Made by a program: the position numbers and the translations under genes
Notes under the pieces: model-generated
The model's input: only the letters and a program-made list of their open reading frames with translations
The model's database searches: none
Told to the model about the DNA's origin: nothing
From: Adineta vaga
Taxonomy: Eukaryota; Animalia; Rotifera
Assembly (NCBI GenBank): GCA_021613535.1
Contig: CP075496.1
Coordinates: 9,920,001 to 9,984,000 of the forward strand
Length of the DNA: 64,000 nucleotides
Direction of reading: 5' to 3'
Shown here: positions 1 through 11,251 of the stretch, in pieces
How positions within the stretch are numbered: the first letter of the stretch is position 1
How the letters are laid out: the number at the start of each line of letters is the position of its first letter

Positions 1-420
1 TGCTATGCCTGTTTCACTTATTATTATTGATTTAAATAAAGATGGTCTCTACGATATTGTTACAGCTAATTATATAGAAAATACAATTAGCGTACTACTA
101 ATAATGGAGGTGGACGTTTTAAAACACAAAAAGTTTTCTCAACTGGTTCGGGTTCTTCACCTTATTCAGTTTATTATGGTGATTTGAATAGAGATAATAA
201 TGTTGATCTTGCTGTTGCTAATTATGGGACAAATAAAATTGGTATATTTCTGGGAAACGGTCATGGAAATTTTAGAATACAGAAAACGTTTTCAACTGGG
301 GATGGATCCAGTCCGAATGATATCACTATTGCAGATTATAATAAAGACGGCCGATTAGATGTTATTACTGCTAATTCTGGAAAGAATTCAGCAAGTATTT
401 TCTTAAGTACATGCTCATAA
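1..420 (+). CDS. 3' end of an FG-GAP/VCBS-repeat (integrin-like beta-propeller) protein; runs off the window start; 1-nt frameshift near 100
   Basis: Three repeats: DLNKDGLYDIVTAN, GDLNRDNNVDLAVAN, ADYNKDGRLDVITAN. Restoring one A at ~100-101 joins the two ORFs as LLNNGGGRFKTQKVFSTGSGSSPYSVYYGDLNRD. Confidence 0.85.
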
Positions 421-1271
421 TTCCAAAATTGACTTGAATATCTCCGATCAACACAATTTAGTATAATATGAACCATTAAAATTGATTTTCTTCAATATTT
501 TTTCTTTTTTTCTAATGAACATAACGTCTTATCAAGATTGAATCTATTCACTTATTTAATTCTATATTGAACTGATGTTTTTCATGTATGTTGTAATTGA
601 TAAATAGAATACATAATCAAAATGAAATACTGATCGAATTGATTTTGTTTCATATATCATTCTCTTCATCTATTATGATTAAATTGTAATTCAATACGAA
701 GATCTCAATTATGATCGACTTAACTTTAACGATGGCTTGTTCTTTTTTCTCACGTACGAACAAACATGTACTTTATTATAAATGACCTCTATGTTTTTCT
801 TGTCTTTCTCCTTACTCAATCATTGTAAACAAATACGACAGGGGAGTTCTTTTTATGCATGTGAAAAGTATATTTTAAGCTGAATACAAACGTCTTTAAC
901 AGTTATTCTTCTTCTTTCTTTTTTCTTCCTTCCGAAAACACTAGAGCGTCAGCCAAAGAGAAGGAGCGTTATGTTAGGGTGTGTGCAATGCGATAATAGA
1001 TAAAATTGCCTAACGTTACATAGAGAGAATAAAAAAGAAAGAAAGAGAAAAAGATAGAACGACAAAGAATAAAAGAGAAAAAACAGCTAACAACGTGACA
1101 TTTTTATACTCTTGACGAGTCACTTCAAAATTATACAAAAAAAGACAACAAACAAGTCGCCTTCTGTTTCTACTACTTTGAAGAATGTCTGGTAAGTTAA
1201 AAAGATTAATCATACGTACAAGTACCAAAAAATTCATTTCGTTTTTTATTAGAGCATACATTTAAGAACTG

Positions 1272-2614
1272 ATGTCATCACCTTCGATATCATCTGGCCT
1301 TGAAAGTACATTATTAGAAACAACATTCTCTCTATTGGATGAATTTCAGCAACATTATGATGTCGTTATACAATTCTTTTCAGCTGAGGTATAAAAAATA
1401 AAAATTATTAGTCGTATAATCAAATTTCCTTCTTTTTCTAAGAATATACCAAAAATGGATGTTGTTGGACATGCTGATCCATATTTTATTGCTAATATTG
1501 ATGATTGTGTAATATTTACGTAAGTATTATTATTTATAAAACTTAAGTTTAATATAATTGCATTTTTTTCAGATCTAGTATAATTCCTAACACAGCAACA
1601 CCGAAATGGGAAGATGAAAAATGGATTGTTCGAAATATTCCAATTAATGCTAAATTATCTGTCAAAGTCTACGATAAAGATGATGATACAGTCAATGATG
1701 ATTATATTGGACAATTCGAGATTTTAAATTTAATTAATTATCATGCTCCACCAAAAGGTCATGAAATTCGTGGTACACTCAATCATCTTAATGGATACTT
1801 TCATCTATCTATTCATTCGATGCCATCATCTGACGAAACAAAACTTTTACCTCGATATACATTCGATGGTCCTTGTCGATATTTTCGTCATGATTCATTT
1901 GCCGTTGGTCGTTTAACTATGCTTAATGCCGATTGCGTCTATTCAACATGGAAAATTCGAATGCGGCGCATCTCCGTTTTTTTCAATCCAGATGATCGAC
2001 AACATTGGAATAAGAAATATCGAGCTGCTCAAGCTATATTTGGTAATTCTCCTTTAACATTAGCATCACAAAGTACCATCAAATTAGCTCATAAAGTTCT
2101 TTTTGGTCAAGCAATTAAGAATACAGAAACTGGAATTGTGACAACGGCTGAGGATCTCTGGACAACAATCTTCACCGATCGAACAACAAAAATGATTCAA
2201 CCATGCATTTATTCATATGTTATTGATGATCATACATGGAGATTTAGTGAAACTGATGATGCATTCTTTGCAGACTTTGCAAGTAAACATGCATTATTAG
2301 CTAATTGTTCGGAGTATGTTCGTTATGCTGGAGAATTTCATCCTCGACCAAAACATGGCTGGAATAAATGTGATGATGAATGGGAATTAGTATTTGATAA
2401 TGGATCAGGCACATATACACCTGCTAAGAATCTGCTCAATAATTTAAAAGAATTATTAATATTTAACTTTCCTGGATTGAATATTGTAACATATGATCAT
2501 GATGATCCACAATTGAAAGAAAGTATAGAAGATTTAAAACGCGCAACAAAATATTATCCAAATAGCTCAATGACAATTGAAAATCTTGTTTTGAATTATT
2601 CATTATCATCTTAA
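1272..2614 (+). CDS. C2-domain protein with an uncharacterised C-terminal domain (fungal/protist-like), 3 coding exons
   Basis: ATG at 1272, intron 1389-1442 and a second intron at about 1520-1572. C2 motifs PKMDVVGHADPY, NTATPKWEDE, VKVYDKDD..DDYIGQ. C-terminal SKH..YAGEFH..FDNGSGTYTP. Confidence 0.85.
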
Positions 2615-3639
2615 TAGTAGATTTGAAATGGTTTCTGATTCTCTCGTCATTATTTTGTGAATGTTTGTATTTTCTCAGATATTTTCTACGATTACATGTT
2701 TTCCATACCGGTATATTTCTAGAGATTTTCTTTTTTATTCTACATTTAATTGTTAAGTGATACATATGTCTGTTTATTTGAAATACATTGCATTACATCG
2801 CTGATTATTCCTATTATAAGAATTATGTAATTATTTGATCATCAATAGTAAACATTGTTGTATGATACTTTGAACATCGGATCTATACTTACTGTTTGAA
2901 CTAATGTTATAAGAAAAATAATTAAATTTATTTCAAATTACGGAAGATATCGTAAAGAACGAAGGACACTATAGAAAAAGATGTCGATACATTGAAAATG
3001 AATATAGAGAAACTAAAGTTAGACAATACATAATAAGACTTTAATACGGTTCATTAGATTTTTAATGAACTTCTCAACTATTGTACAACAACATCAATAA
3101 AATCAGAGAATAAACAACTCGATAGTCGTAGGGGAAAGTTCTCCGATATTTTCAAGTAAAGTTATCATAACAATCTTCCTTTATCGCTAAACATATCAAG
3201 GAACAGACGTATTTTCTATGCGCAATTGATTCTCGCTGATGTCAACACATGACCGATAATAATATCATCAGTTGGCCTTTAGACAATTTTCCGATGTATC
3301 ATAGAACAACAAGTATGTGAAACGAAGAAACGAAGAAAAGAAAGAAGAGAAAAAAAACACCGAACGCATATGTCATTTATGTCAATCTGAAAAGATAAAA
3401 GAAGAGCAGAGGAAGCAAGAAACGAATACGGATGGAGAAAGAGAAAGATCATGCGTAAACAGGTACTAGTATCATATAGAAGCACTCTAGCCATTACTAT
3501 ATTTCTGGCAATTTCAGTAGAAATAGAAATTATTTCAATTAAAAATGTATTATTAAGTAATTGAAAGTAAGAGATTTTTTGATTCGTTCGAAAAAGGAAA
3601 AGTTTTTTTTCTTCAGATTTTTACACTTATTCGAATACA

Positions 3640-5563
3640 ATGGGTGTACATCACAGCAAATTAATTCAACAAAAATCTGTCGATGATGAATATCTATTTG
3701 CTATAGAAGAATTTCAACAAACTCCAATTGTTTCATTTGAACATGCTATTCAATCGTTAATATCAATTGTCCCAACTATCGAAAGTTATATTCAAATCAT
3801 TAAAGATAAATCTCGTGATTCAATTGATGGTTTGACATTTGACGAGTCGGCTTCTATTATGCTTTATTCCATACAATGGCAACCATATGAACAATGTCTT
3901 TATGCGATTTTAAACTCAATTCTATTCAAATCTAATGTAGATCAATTTCAACCCTGGTTATCTTATTTAAAACTTCTTTTTACTGCTCTTTTGCATCTTC
4001 CATCGAATCATTCGATTGTCTATCGAGGAAGCAGATTAGATTTAAGTCAACAATATCATATTAATGAAATTATTCTTTGGAAAGATCTACCATTATGTAC
4101 AACATCTATTGAATATCTTCAATCAGACAGATGTTTAGGTACAAATAAATTACGAACTATATTCAAAATTGAATCGTTTAATGTTAAACATATCGATAAA
4201 CATTGTTATTCTTCATCGAATACGTTTGCAATTATTTTACCTGCAACAAAATTTCAAGTAGTCGAATGTACTCACCATTCGATGAAAGATAATTTATATG
4301 TGATTACATTGAAAGAAATTGTACCATCATTTCTTTTAAATTCTATCGATCAGATCAAATCAAATATTTTTCAGAAGTAAATTTCTAAGAAAATAAAAGA
4401 TTGATTTATAATAATATTTCTAGATTTTGGTTATCAGTTAAAAACTCACGAAATTCATCAGTATTACATGATAATAATTATCGTAATGTGTCTCTCGAAC
4501 ATCGTATTATGGAATATGAACATTCCTGGACAGTTGATTTAGATAAACAAAATTTAAATGATCAAGATATGAATATTGTTGTTAAACATGCATTAATTAA
4601 GAATCATTGCAAACGCGTTCGATTACGTGACAATAATATAACATGTCAAGGTGTTTCAATTCTTTGTAAAGGTTTATATAATAATATCATATTAGAATCA
4701 TTAGATCTTCGAAATAATCGAATATCTGATTTTGGTGTTCAATGTTTAGCATCAGCAATGATTCATTCGAATGTAAAAACATTGAATTTAGAATCTAATC
4801 AAATTACTTCTCAAGGTGCACAATATTTAGCACAAATGTTAAAAGATAATCGAACAATAACAGAATTATATCTATCCAAAAATGATTTAGGTGATCAAGG
4901 AATTGAAATTATTGCAAATGCATTGTATAATGAGACAGAAAATGCTTCTCGACAAACAAATAAACAAGTAAATAAGTTGTTCTACACAATCTTAATCCTC
5001 ATGTTCTTTAGAAATTTCTTTTCTATATTCTATAAGAAGATTAGTAGATGATCTATGTCATATTAATACTCTCTTGTCATCGAATTAAGTGTAATCAATA
5101 AGAGACATGCATATGAGATATATAGTTATTAAAGAATCAAGATGATCTCTGATCTAAAGAACATTTTTTTTTGTTTTAGATCTGTGGAAAATATGAATCG
5201 AATCTTCAACATCTTTATCTTGGTCAGAATAATATTACGGATAAAGGTATAAAACATCTATCGAATATGCTAAAAACTAATCGAACATTAACATGGTTAT
5301 GGTTAACTGGTAATGAAATCAGCGATGATGGCGTTGAAATATTATCGAATATTCTTACGAATTCTAATACGAGTATTGAATGGTTATTTTTAAATTCGAA
5401 TAAGTTAATTACCGATGTAAGCGTAGATACTTTATTGAATATGTTTAAACGAAATTATACCTTAAAAACATTTTATATTAACAATTGTAGTTTAACTGAT
5501 GAAGGAAAACGTAAACTTCTGAAAATGATGAAAACAAAAACAGATTTTGATTTAGAAGTTTAA
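3640..5563 (+). CDS. ADP-ribosyltransferase-like (degenerate ecto-ART/ARTC fold) domain fused to RI-type leucine-rich repeats, 3 exons
   Basis: GLTFDESASIMLYS, PWLSYLKLLFTAL and VYRG motifs. Introns 4377-4423 and 4968-5179 join the ORFs in frame. LRRs include LDLRNNRISDFGV, LNLESNQITSQGA, LYLSKNDLGDQGI and LWLTGNEISDDGV. Confidence 0.85.
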
Positions 5564-5590
5564 AAATAGAGCAAAATTTTATCATTATTG

Positions 5591-6470
5591 TTAAACATAC
5601 TCTTTTTTTGTTTGATTATAAACTATAGTGAATGTTAATGAATCAGGTGCACCCATTGTACTACCCTTTTCATATAATATACCAATTGATTGATCAATTA
5701 ATGTTGTTAATGATGAATAACTTGATGAGCCTGGACAAATTGTTTTGATATAACCCCAATTTTCACCATTGTCTTTACTGATATGTAACGAAAGATTTGT
5801 ACGAGTTGTAGACACTTCAGCTAAACCTGAATAGAATAAATGACGAGTATTCGAATGATATAATGTCGAATCTTCACATCCACGCAAAGGTTGTACCAAT
5901 GTATTTAATATTGTAATTCTATCGAATGTTATTCCACCAATATACCATTTAACATGACAAAACCAGTAGATAGCGGACTACGAATTGTAGAATAATCACC
6001 AGGAATTAAGATACGATTTGATTGTAATAGAAGACTACACGGTGGACCTAGAGCTATACCCATTTCCATTCTGATCTGGTTATATTTGGAATGATCTGTG
6101 GTGGTGTAAATGTTAATCCGTCATCATCTGAATAGGTTTGCATGATGATGAGATTATTTCGACAAAATGGAATTAATATTCGTTGATTATATTTCAACTA
6201 AACTGGAGCAAAATTTCCTACCCAATTGAAATTTTCCCCAGATGAATTTCCTCGATATAATACTTCTAGATTCGACCAAGTTTTTCTATTATCTGAACTA
6301 CGTTTATAGACAATATCTATTTGAGTATTGTCATGACAAGTAAACATTCGTGCTTCACCCAAAGCTAATAATGTTCCTTTTGCCGTAGTCATGATTGATG
6401 GAATTCGTACGCAATAATAACCACCTTCTCCACGTGCGAATACAACAGTTTCATTTTGGAAAGAAAACAA
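5591..6470 (-). pseudogene. Pseudogenised tandem duplicate of the GH33 sialidase
   Basis: Colinear with 6868-7984. Nonsense CAG>TAG at 6198-6200, a frameshift near 6058, and 25-nt and 132-nt deletions near 5933-5951. No intact signal peptide. Confidence 0.9.
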
Positions 6471-6867
6471 ACATTTGCTCTACATCTGTAAAAACTGACT
6501 GTTAAATTTCATATTGATTTCGTCCTAAAACCAAAAGAACTTTGTATCATAGCTCTATATCTACAAACTTCTTCATAGATGAAAATATTCCAGATTGTTT
6601 AGTATAGATTCAAATACTTTTTGGTTTTTCTTATCTATTATTTCATATTTAATCCTCATAATAACATGTTTGTTTGATATTGATAAGAGTTTTAAAACAT
6701 CAAAACAAAACACGGACACATCATGTTACATGATCACGTTGTTCTTTCTTCTAAAAATAGAATACTATGAATAATGAAAAAGAATACGTGTATACAATTA
6801 AATTCGATACATTGAAAGAACAGATTGACTTCTGTATCAAAATATCTCGAAAGAACATTTGTCTTAT

Positions 6868-7984
6868 TTATTTTAAGATATACTGTTTGCTTTGATTATA
6901 TACTACAGTAAATGTTATATAATCTGGTAGGAAAACAAGATCCGTTTTCTTAGCCCATTCATATAATAAACCAATTGATCGATCATTCATTATCGTCAAT
7001 GATGAATAGGAAGATGAACCTGGAAATATTGTTTTGATATAATTCCAATTTTCACCATTGTCTTTACTTATATAAAGCGAAAGATTACTACGAATATAGG
7101 ATGTTTCAGCTAAGCCTGAATAAAATAATTGTTGAGTATTTTTATCATATATTGTTGAACCTTGACATCCTGTTAATGGTTGAACAAGTGTATTTAATAT
7201 TGTAACTTTATTAAACGTTATTCCACCATCACTACTATACGCACCGATTCGTTTCGTTCCTAAGGAACGAGAATTGATGAATATTGAATTTACATTAGGT
7301 AATAGTTCAACCGCTTGACATTCGTTGGGAAAATATTCATCAAGATTATATTCTCCACCAACATACCATTTATCGATTTGACCATTAAAATCATTTAACA
7401 TCACATAACCGGTAGACAATAAACCATTATCATTTGGATGTGTTGAATAGTAAGCAGGAATTAAGATTCGATTCGATTGTAGCAGAATACCACCTGGCGG
7501 ACCTAGGCCAATCCATTTCCATTCTGGCCTGGTTATATTTGGAATGATCTGTGGTGGTGTAAATGTTAATCCCATCATCGTCTGAATGGGTTTGCATGAT
7601 GATGAGATTATTTCGACAAAATGGAATTAATATTCGTTGATTATATTTCAACTGAACTGGTGCAATATTTCCGACACGATTATACTTATCATTCGAAGAA
7701 TTTCCTCGATATAATACTTCTAAATTCGACCAAGTTTTTCCATTATCTGTACTACGTTTGTAGACAATATCAGTTTCCGTATAATCACTACATGTGAACA
7801 TTCTTGCTTCACCAAATGCTAATAGAGTACCTGTATTAGTAGTTAAAATATATGGAATTTTTATACAGAAATAGCCAGCTTCACCACGTGTAAAAACGAT
7901 CGTATCATTCTCAAGAGAATGTTTTACACTGATAAATAGAAATATTATGATCAACAACAACATCGAATCTAAAGTAAAAATCAT
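6868..7984 (-). CDS. Secreted GH33 sialidase/neuraminidase, intronless, with one +1 frameshift at 7571-7573
   Basis: Signal peptide MLLLIIIFLFISV. FRIP-like CIKIP. Asp-boxes STDNGKTW, SDDDGLTF, SSDGGITF, SKDNGENW. Catalytic-type motifs PNECQ, INSR, RSNL and SSYSSL. The paralog has GGA TTA where this copy has GGGATTA. Confidence 0.88.
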
Positions 7985-8243
7985 CTGCAAATTAGAATAA
8001 TGCTCGATGTTTTGAAGATGCAGATCGTTGTAAAAAAAACAATTCGTGATTTACCAACAATTATTTAGACAAAAATGATGTGTAATATTTCAAATATACT
8101 ATCACCCTCTTCCTACACTAATAGAATGTCACAAAAGCAAAGTTTTATCAACATTTTTTCTCCTTCTTTTATTTTTTATCAAACGTATCAGTATGTCTCA
8201 TGTTTTATGAAAAGAAAACACATAAATTTCAACGTGAGTTAGT

Positions 8244-8462
8244 TTATTTATTCAACATCTCATTGGAAAAATCTAAATTACAACTGCGCATGAATGATAA
8301 ATCTTTGTTTTTTGAATATTGACAAAGTGTTCCATCGCTTGAAATAGGACCATTATGACCATCATCAGATGAAAAAGTATTAATACGATATCCAATAACC
8401 AAAAGACAACTCGTCATAATCACCAATATAAATATCATCTGACAACAGTTGATTTGTAACAT
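8244..8462 (-). CDS. Possible small secreted peptide (64-72 aa)
   Basis: Hydrophobic leader MIFILVIMTSCLLVIG followed by a hydrophilic, 2-Cys mature segment. No homology recognised. Confidence 0.3.
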   Translation of the reverse strand: MLQINCCQMIFILVIMTSCLLVIGYRINTFSSDDGHNGPISSDGTLCQYSKNKDLSFMRSCNLDFSNEMLNK

Positions 8463-8630
8463 GATGAAACAGAATGTCAGACAAGAATTCATGTTTATAA
8501 AGATGAATAAATGATTGATCAAAAGAAATGAGATAATTGATTTATGTTTAAACATCATAACAAAAAAGTCGTATAAAATTATAATTGAAGAACAAAGAAA
8601 ATAATTAATCATCATTGATGTTTAGTTTGT

Positions 8631-9149
8631 CTATGAACTAATTGATTTTTCTTCTTGTTTCTGTCTTTGTTCATTTTTAAAAGTAATGAACGCTTCACAT
8701 TCAGTAAATCCAATATTTGTATCCCATTTGTATGGAAAACAAGGAACTTGAATTCGTTCAGTAAATTCTTTTCGTTCTCCAAATAAACCTTTTCCAACGT
8801 CAATTTTCATTTGATTCGGTGGTTTTGATGTTGTTGCTGAAGTAATAAGATAAAATTGTTTTCCATCAACATCCATTTCAACAACACTATCACCTTTCTT
8901 ATTTGTATAATATGCTCGTAAATATCCATTACGACTTGAACGTTTTCGTTGATCAAACCAACTTTGAAGTGCATCTTCAGATGAGTCTTTATGAAAAAGA
9001 ACAGCTGCATAAATATTATAACGTAAATTCAAATGACCAAGTTCACGTTCTAATAGTTGATTATCAGACATGATCTCATTTAAAGGTACCATAAATCCAA
9101 CATGAAGCAAACGAGGACGTACAGAATTATTCATTGTTGATGATGCCAT
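8631..9149 (-). CDS. Intronless hypothetical protein (~172 aa)
   Basis: Long stop-free ORF with globular composition in very AT-rich DNA. No family recognised. Confidence 0.65.
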   Translation of the reverse strand: MASSTMNNSVRPRLLHVGFMVPLNEIMSDNQLLERELGHLNLRYNIYAAVLFHKDSSEDALQSWFDQRKRSSRNGYLRAYYTNKKGDSVVEMDVDGKQFYLITSATTSKPPNQMKIDVGKGLFGERKEFTERIQVPCFPYKWDTNIGFTECEAFITFKNEQRQKQEEKSISS

Positions 9150-9510
9150 TGTATTCAACTGTCAAGACAAAACGAGAGGTGTTTTAAATACACGTGTGCT
9201 TTTTTTTCTGATGTAATTTATTGACTTTACATCTGAAAGAATCTTATTCATCAATGTATTTTATCAAAGTTGAGTAATAACAAAATAAAAGAATGAAAGA
9301 ACGAGAAAAACATATTGAATGCTATTTGGACACAATAGTCGTGTTGATTCCTTACAATCTTATCGTTCTATATTATCAAAACGATGAAATATATTTTTCT
9401 TTTGTCTATTCTTATCTTTCTTTGAAACTGAAAACAAAAAGAAAATGTGTAGTGATATTTTGTATTCTTCTCTGTAGAGACTATATCAACCACATTGAAA
9501 AGAAATCGAT

Positions 9511-11251
9511 ATGAATAGAATGTCGAGAAGAATTATTGTTTTAAGTAGTGTAATGACAACTTTTGTAAGTTTTAAGTTGATAAAGAGAAATTGTTTATTT
9601 ATAACAGATTTTAGGGTATCTATAAATATGTTAAATCAAAAGCAAAGAAACAATATTTTCATTCAACTAAACCTGCTCAGGATCATCCGACAAGTATCAT
9701 CATTGGTACAGGTATCATTGGTCTAACAAGTGCCTACTATCTAGCAAAAAGCGGACATAAAGTAATATGTATTGAAAAACGAGAAGATGTAGCATTAGAA
9801 ACGAGGTAAAGTTTGAACTCGATATGAAAAACAAAATTATTGATGAATTCTTCTATGTAGTTATAAAAATGGTGCACTGATTTGTCCATCTCTTTTAACA
9901 CCATGGGCAAATTCTGATGTTCCAAAGAAATATTTTAAATCCATACTTTCATTTTCTTCATCAACAAGGACATCGACTAAAGTTTGGTCAAGTACGTTTT
10001 TCTCTACGAAATTTTATCGTTGGATTTATGAATACTTGAAAAATTGTACAACCAAAGCACAGATTCGAAATGCAGCGAGTCTATTAACACTTAGTATGTA
10101 TTCTCGACAATGTTTGGATGATATTCTTAACGAAGTGTGTTTTTGTAAATAACGTTTTCTTTTTGATTGAATCAAATTGTTATTTTTATAGAATTCGATT
10201 TCATTTTCTCGTCATTCCAATGGTTCATTACAATTGGCAGTGGATCCCATTATCTTCGAACAATTAATTGAAGAATCGAAACATATCAAGAATATTCAGA
10301 TTTTTTCATCGGCAGACGAAGTTATTAAACATGAATCAATATTGACGCCTGTCAAAGATCGACTTTATGGTGGTGTTTTCAGTTCATTGGATACGAATGG
10401 AAATATTTATGAATTTTGTTGCGAATTAAAAAACATTTTAGTAGAAAAATATGGAGTTAAATTTTTATTTAATGAAGAAATTCAAGATTTTATTGTATCT
10501 ACTACTAATGAAAATCAAAACGGCTATCAACAGCGTCATGTTTCAGGCATTATAACCACTAAAAATCAAAGAATTCAAAATGCAGACAATATAATAGTAG
10601 CAAATGGAAATTATGTTATGCCTCTAATGGAAAAATTGAATATCTATGTACCTGTTTATCCTGTTAAAGTAAAATCAAATGATATATGAACTAAAACGAA
10701 TATTATTAAAAATTATTTCATAGGGCTATGTCGTGGAAATCAAAACACCAACTAATATTCCATTACCAGAGGTAAATCTTGTCGATGATGTAAATAAACT
10801 TTATATATCTGCATTGAAACCAACTGACAAACAAGGCATCGTACGAGTTAGTGGTCTAGCTGAATTTGCAGGATGGGAGGTGAGAACTTATACATGGTTT
10901 TTTTATTGATTGTCATGAATATTCGATTGTATTCTATAGGATATTGGTATTCTTAGTGAACCTGATCGAGCACAATATTTGTATGAACAGACAATTTCTT
11001 GGTTACCACATATAGCTTCGTATGAAAAAGCGTTTCATAGTTGTTCTCGTCCAGTATCAGCCGATGATGTACCGTTAATCGGCCGATGTGATAATTTTGA
11101 TAATCTTTTCGTTAATTGTGGTCATGGTAGTAAAGGTTGGACACTAGCATTTGGATCAGCTGCTCTACTAGCTAATGTAATCAATCAAAAGACAAATATT
11201 TTCGATAAAGAAAGTATTGATCCTGAATTATATTCTCCAAATAGATTTTAA
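9511..11251 (+). CDS. FAD-dependent D-amino-acid dehydrogenase (DadA-like, DAO family), 6 exons
   Basis: [15 protein letters not shown] Rossmann motif, [27 protein letters not shown] and [15 protein letters not shown]. Five GT-AG introns (about 9565-9614, 9806-9860, 10135-10191, 10669-10723, 10880-10939) keep the frame. Confidence 0.9.
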
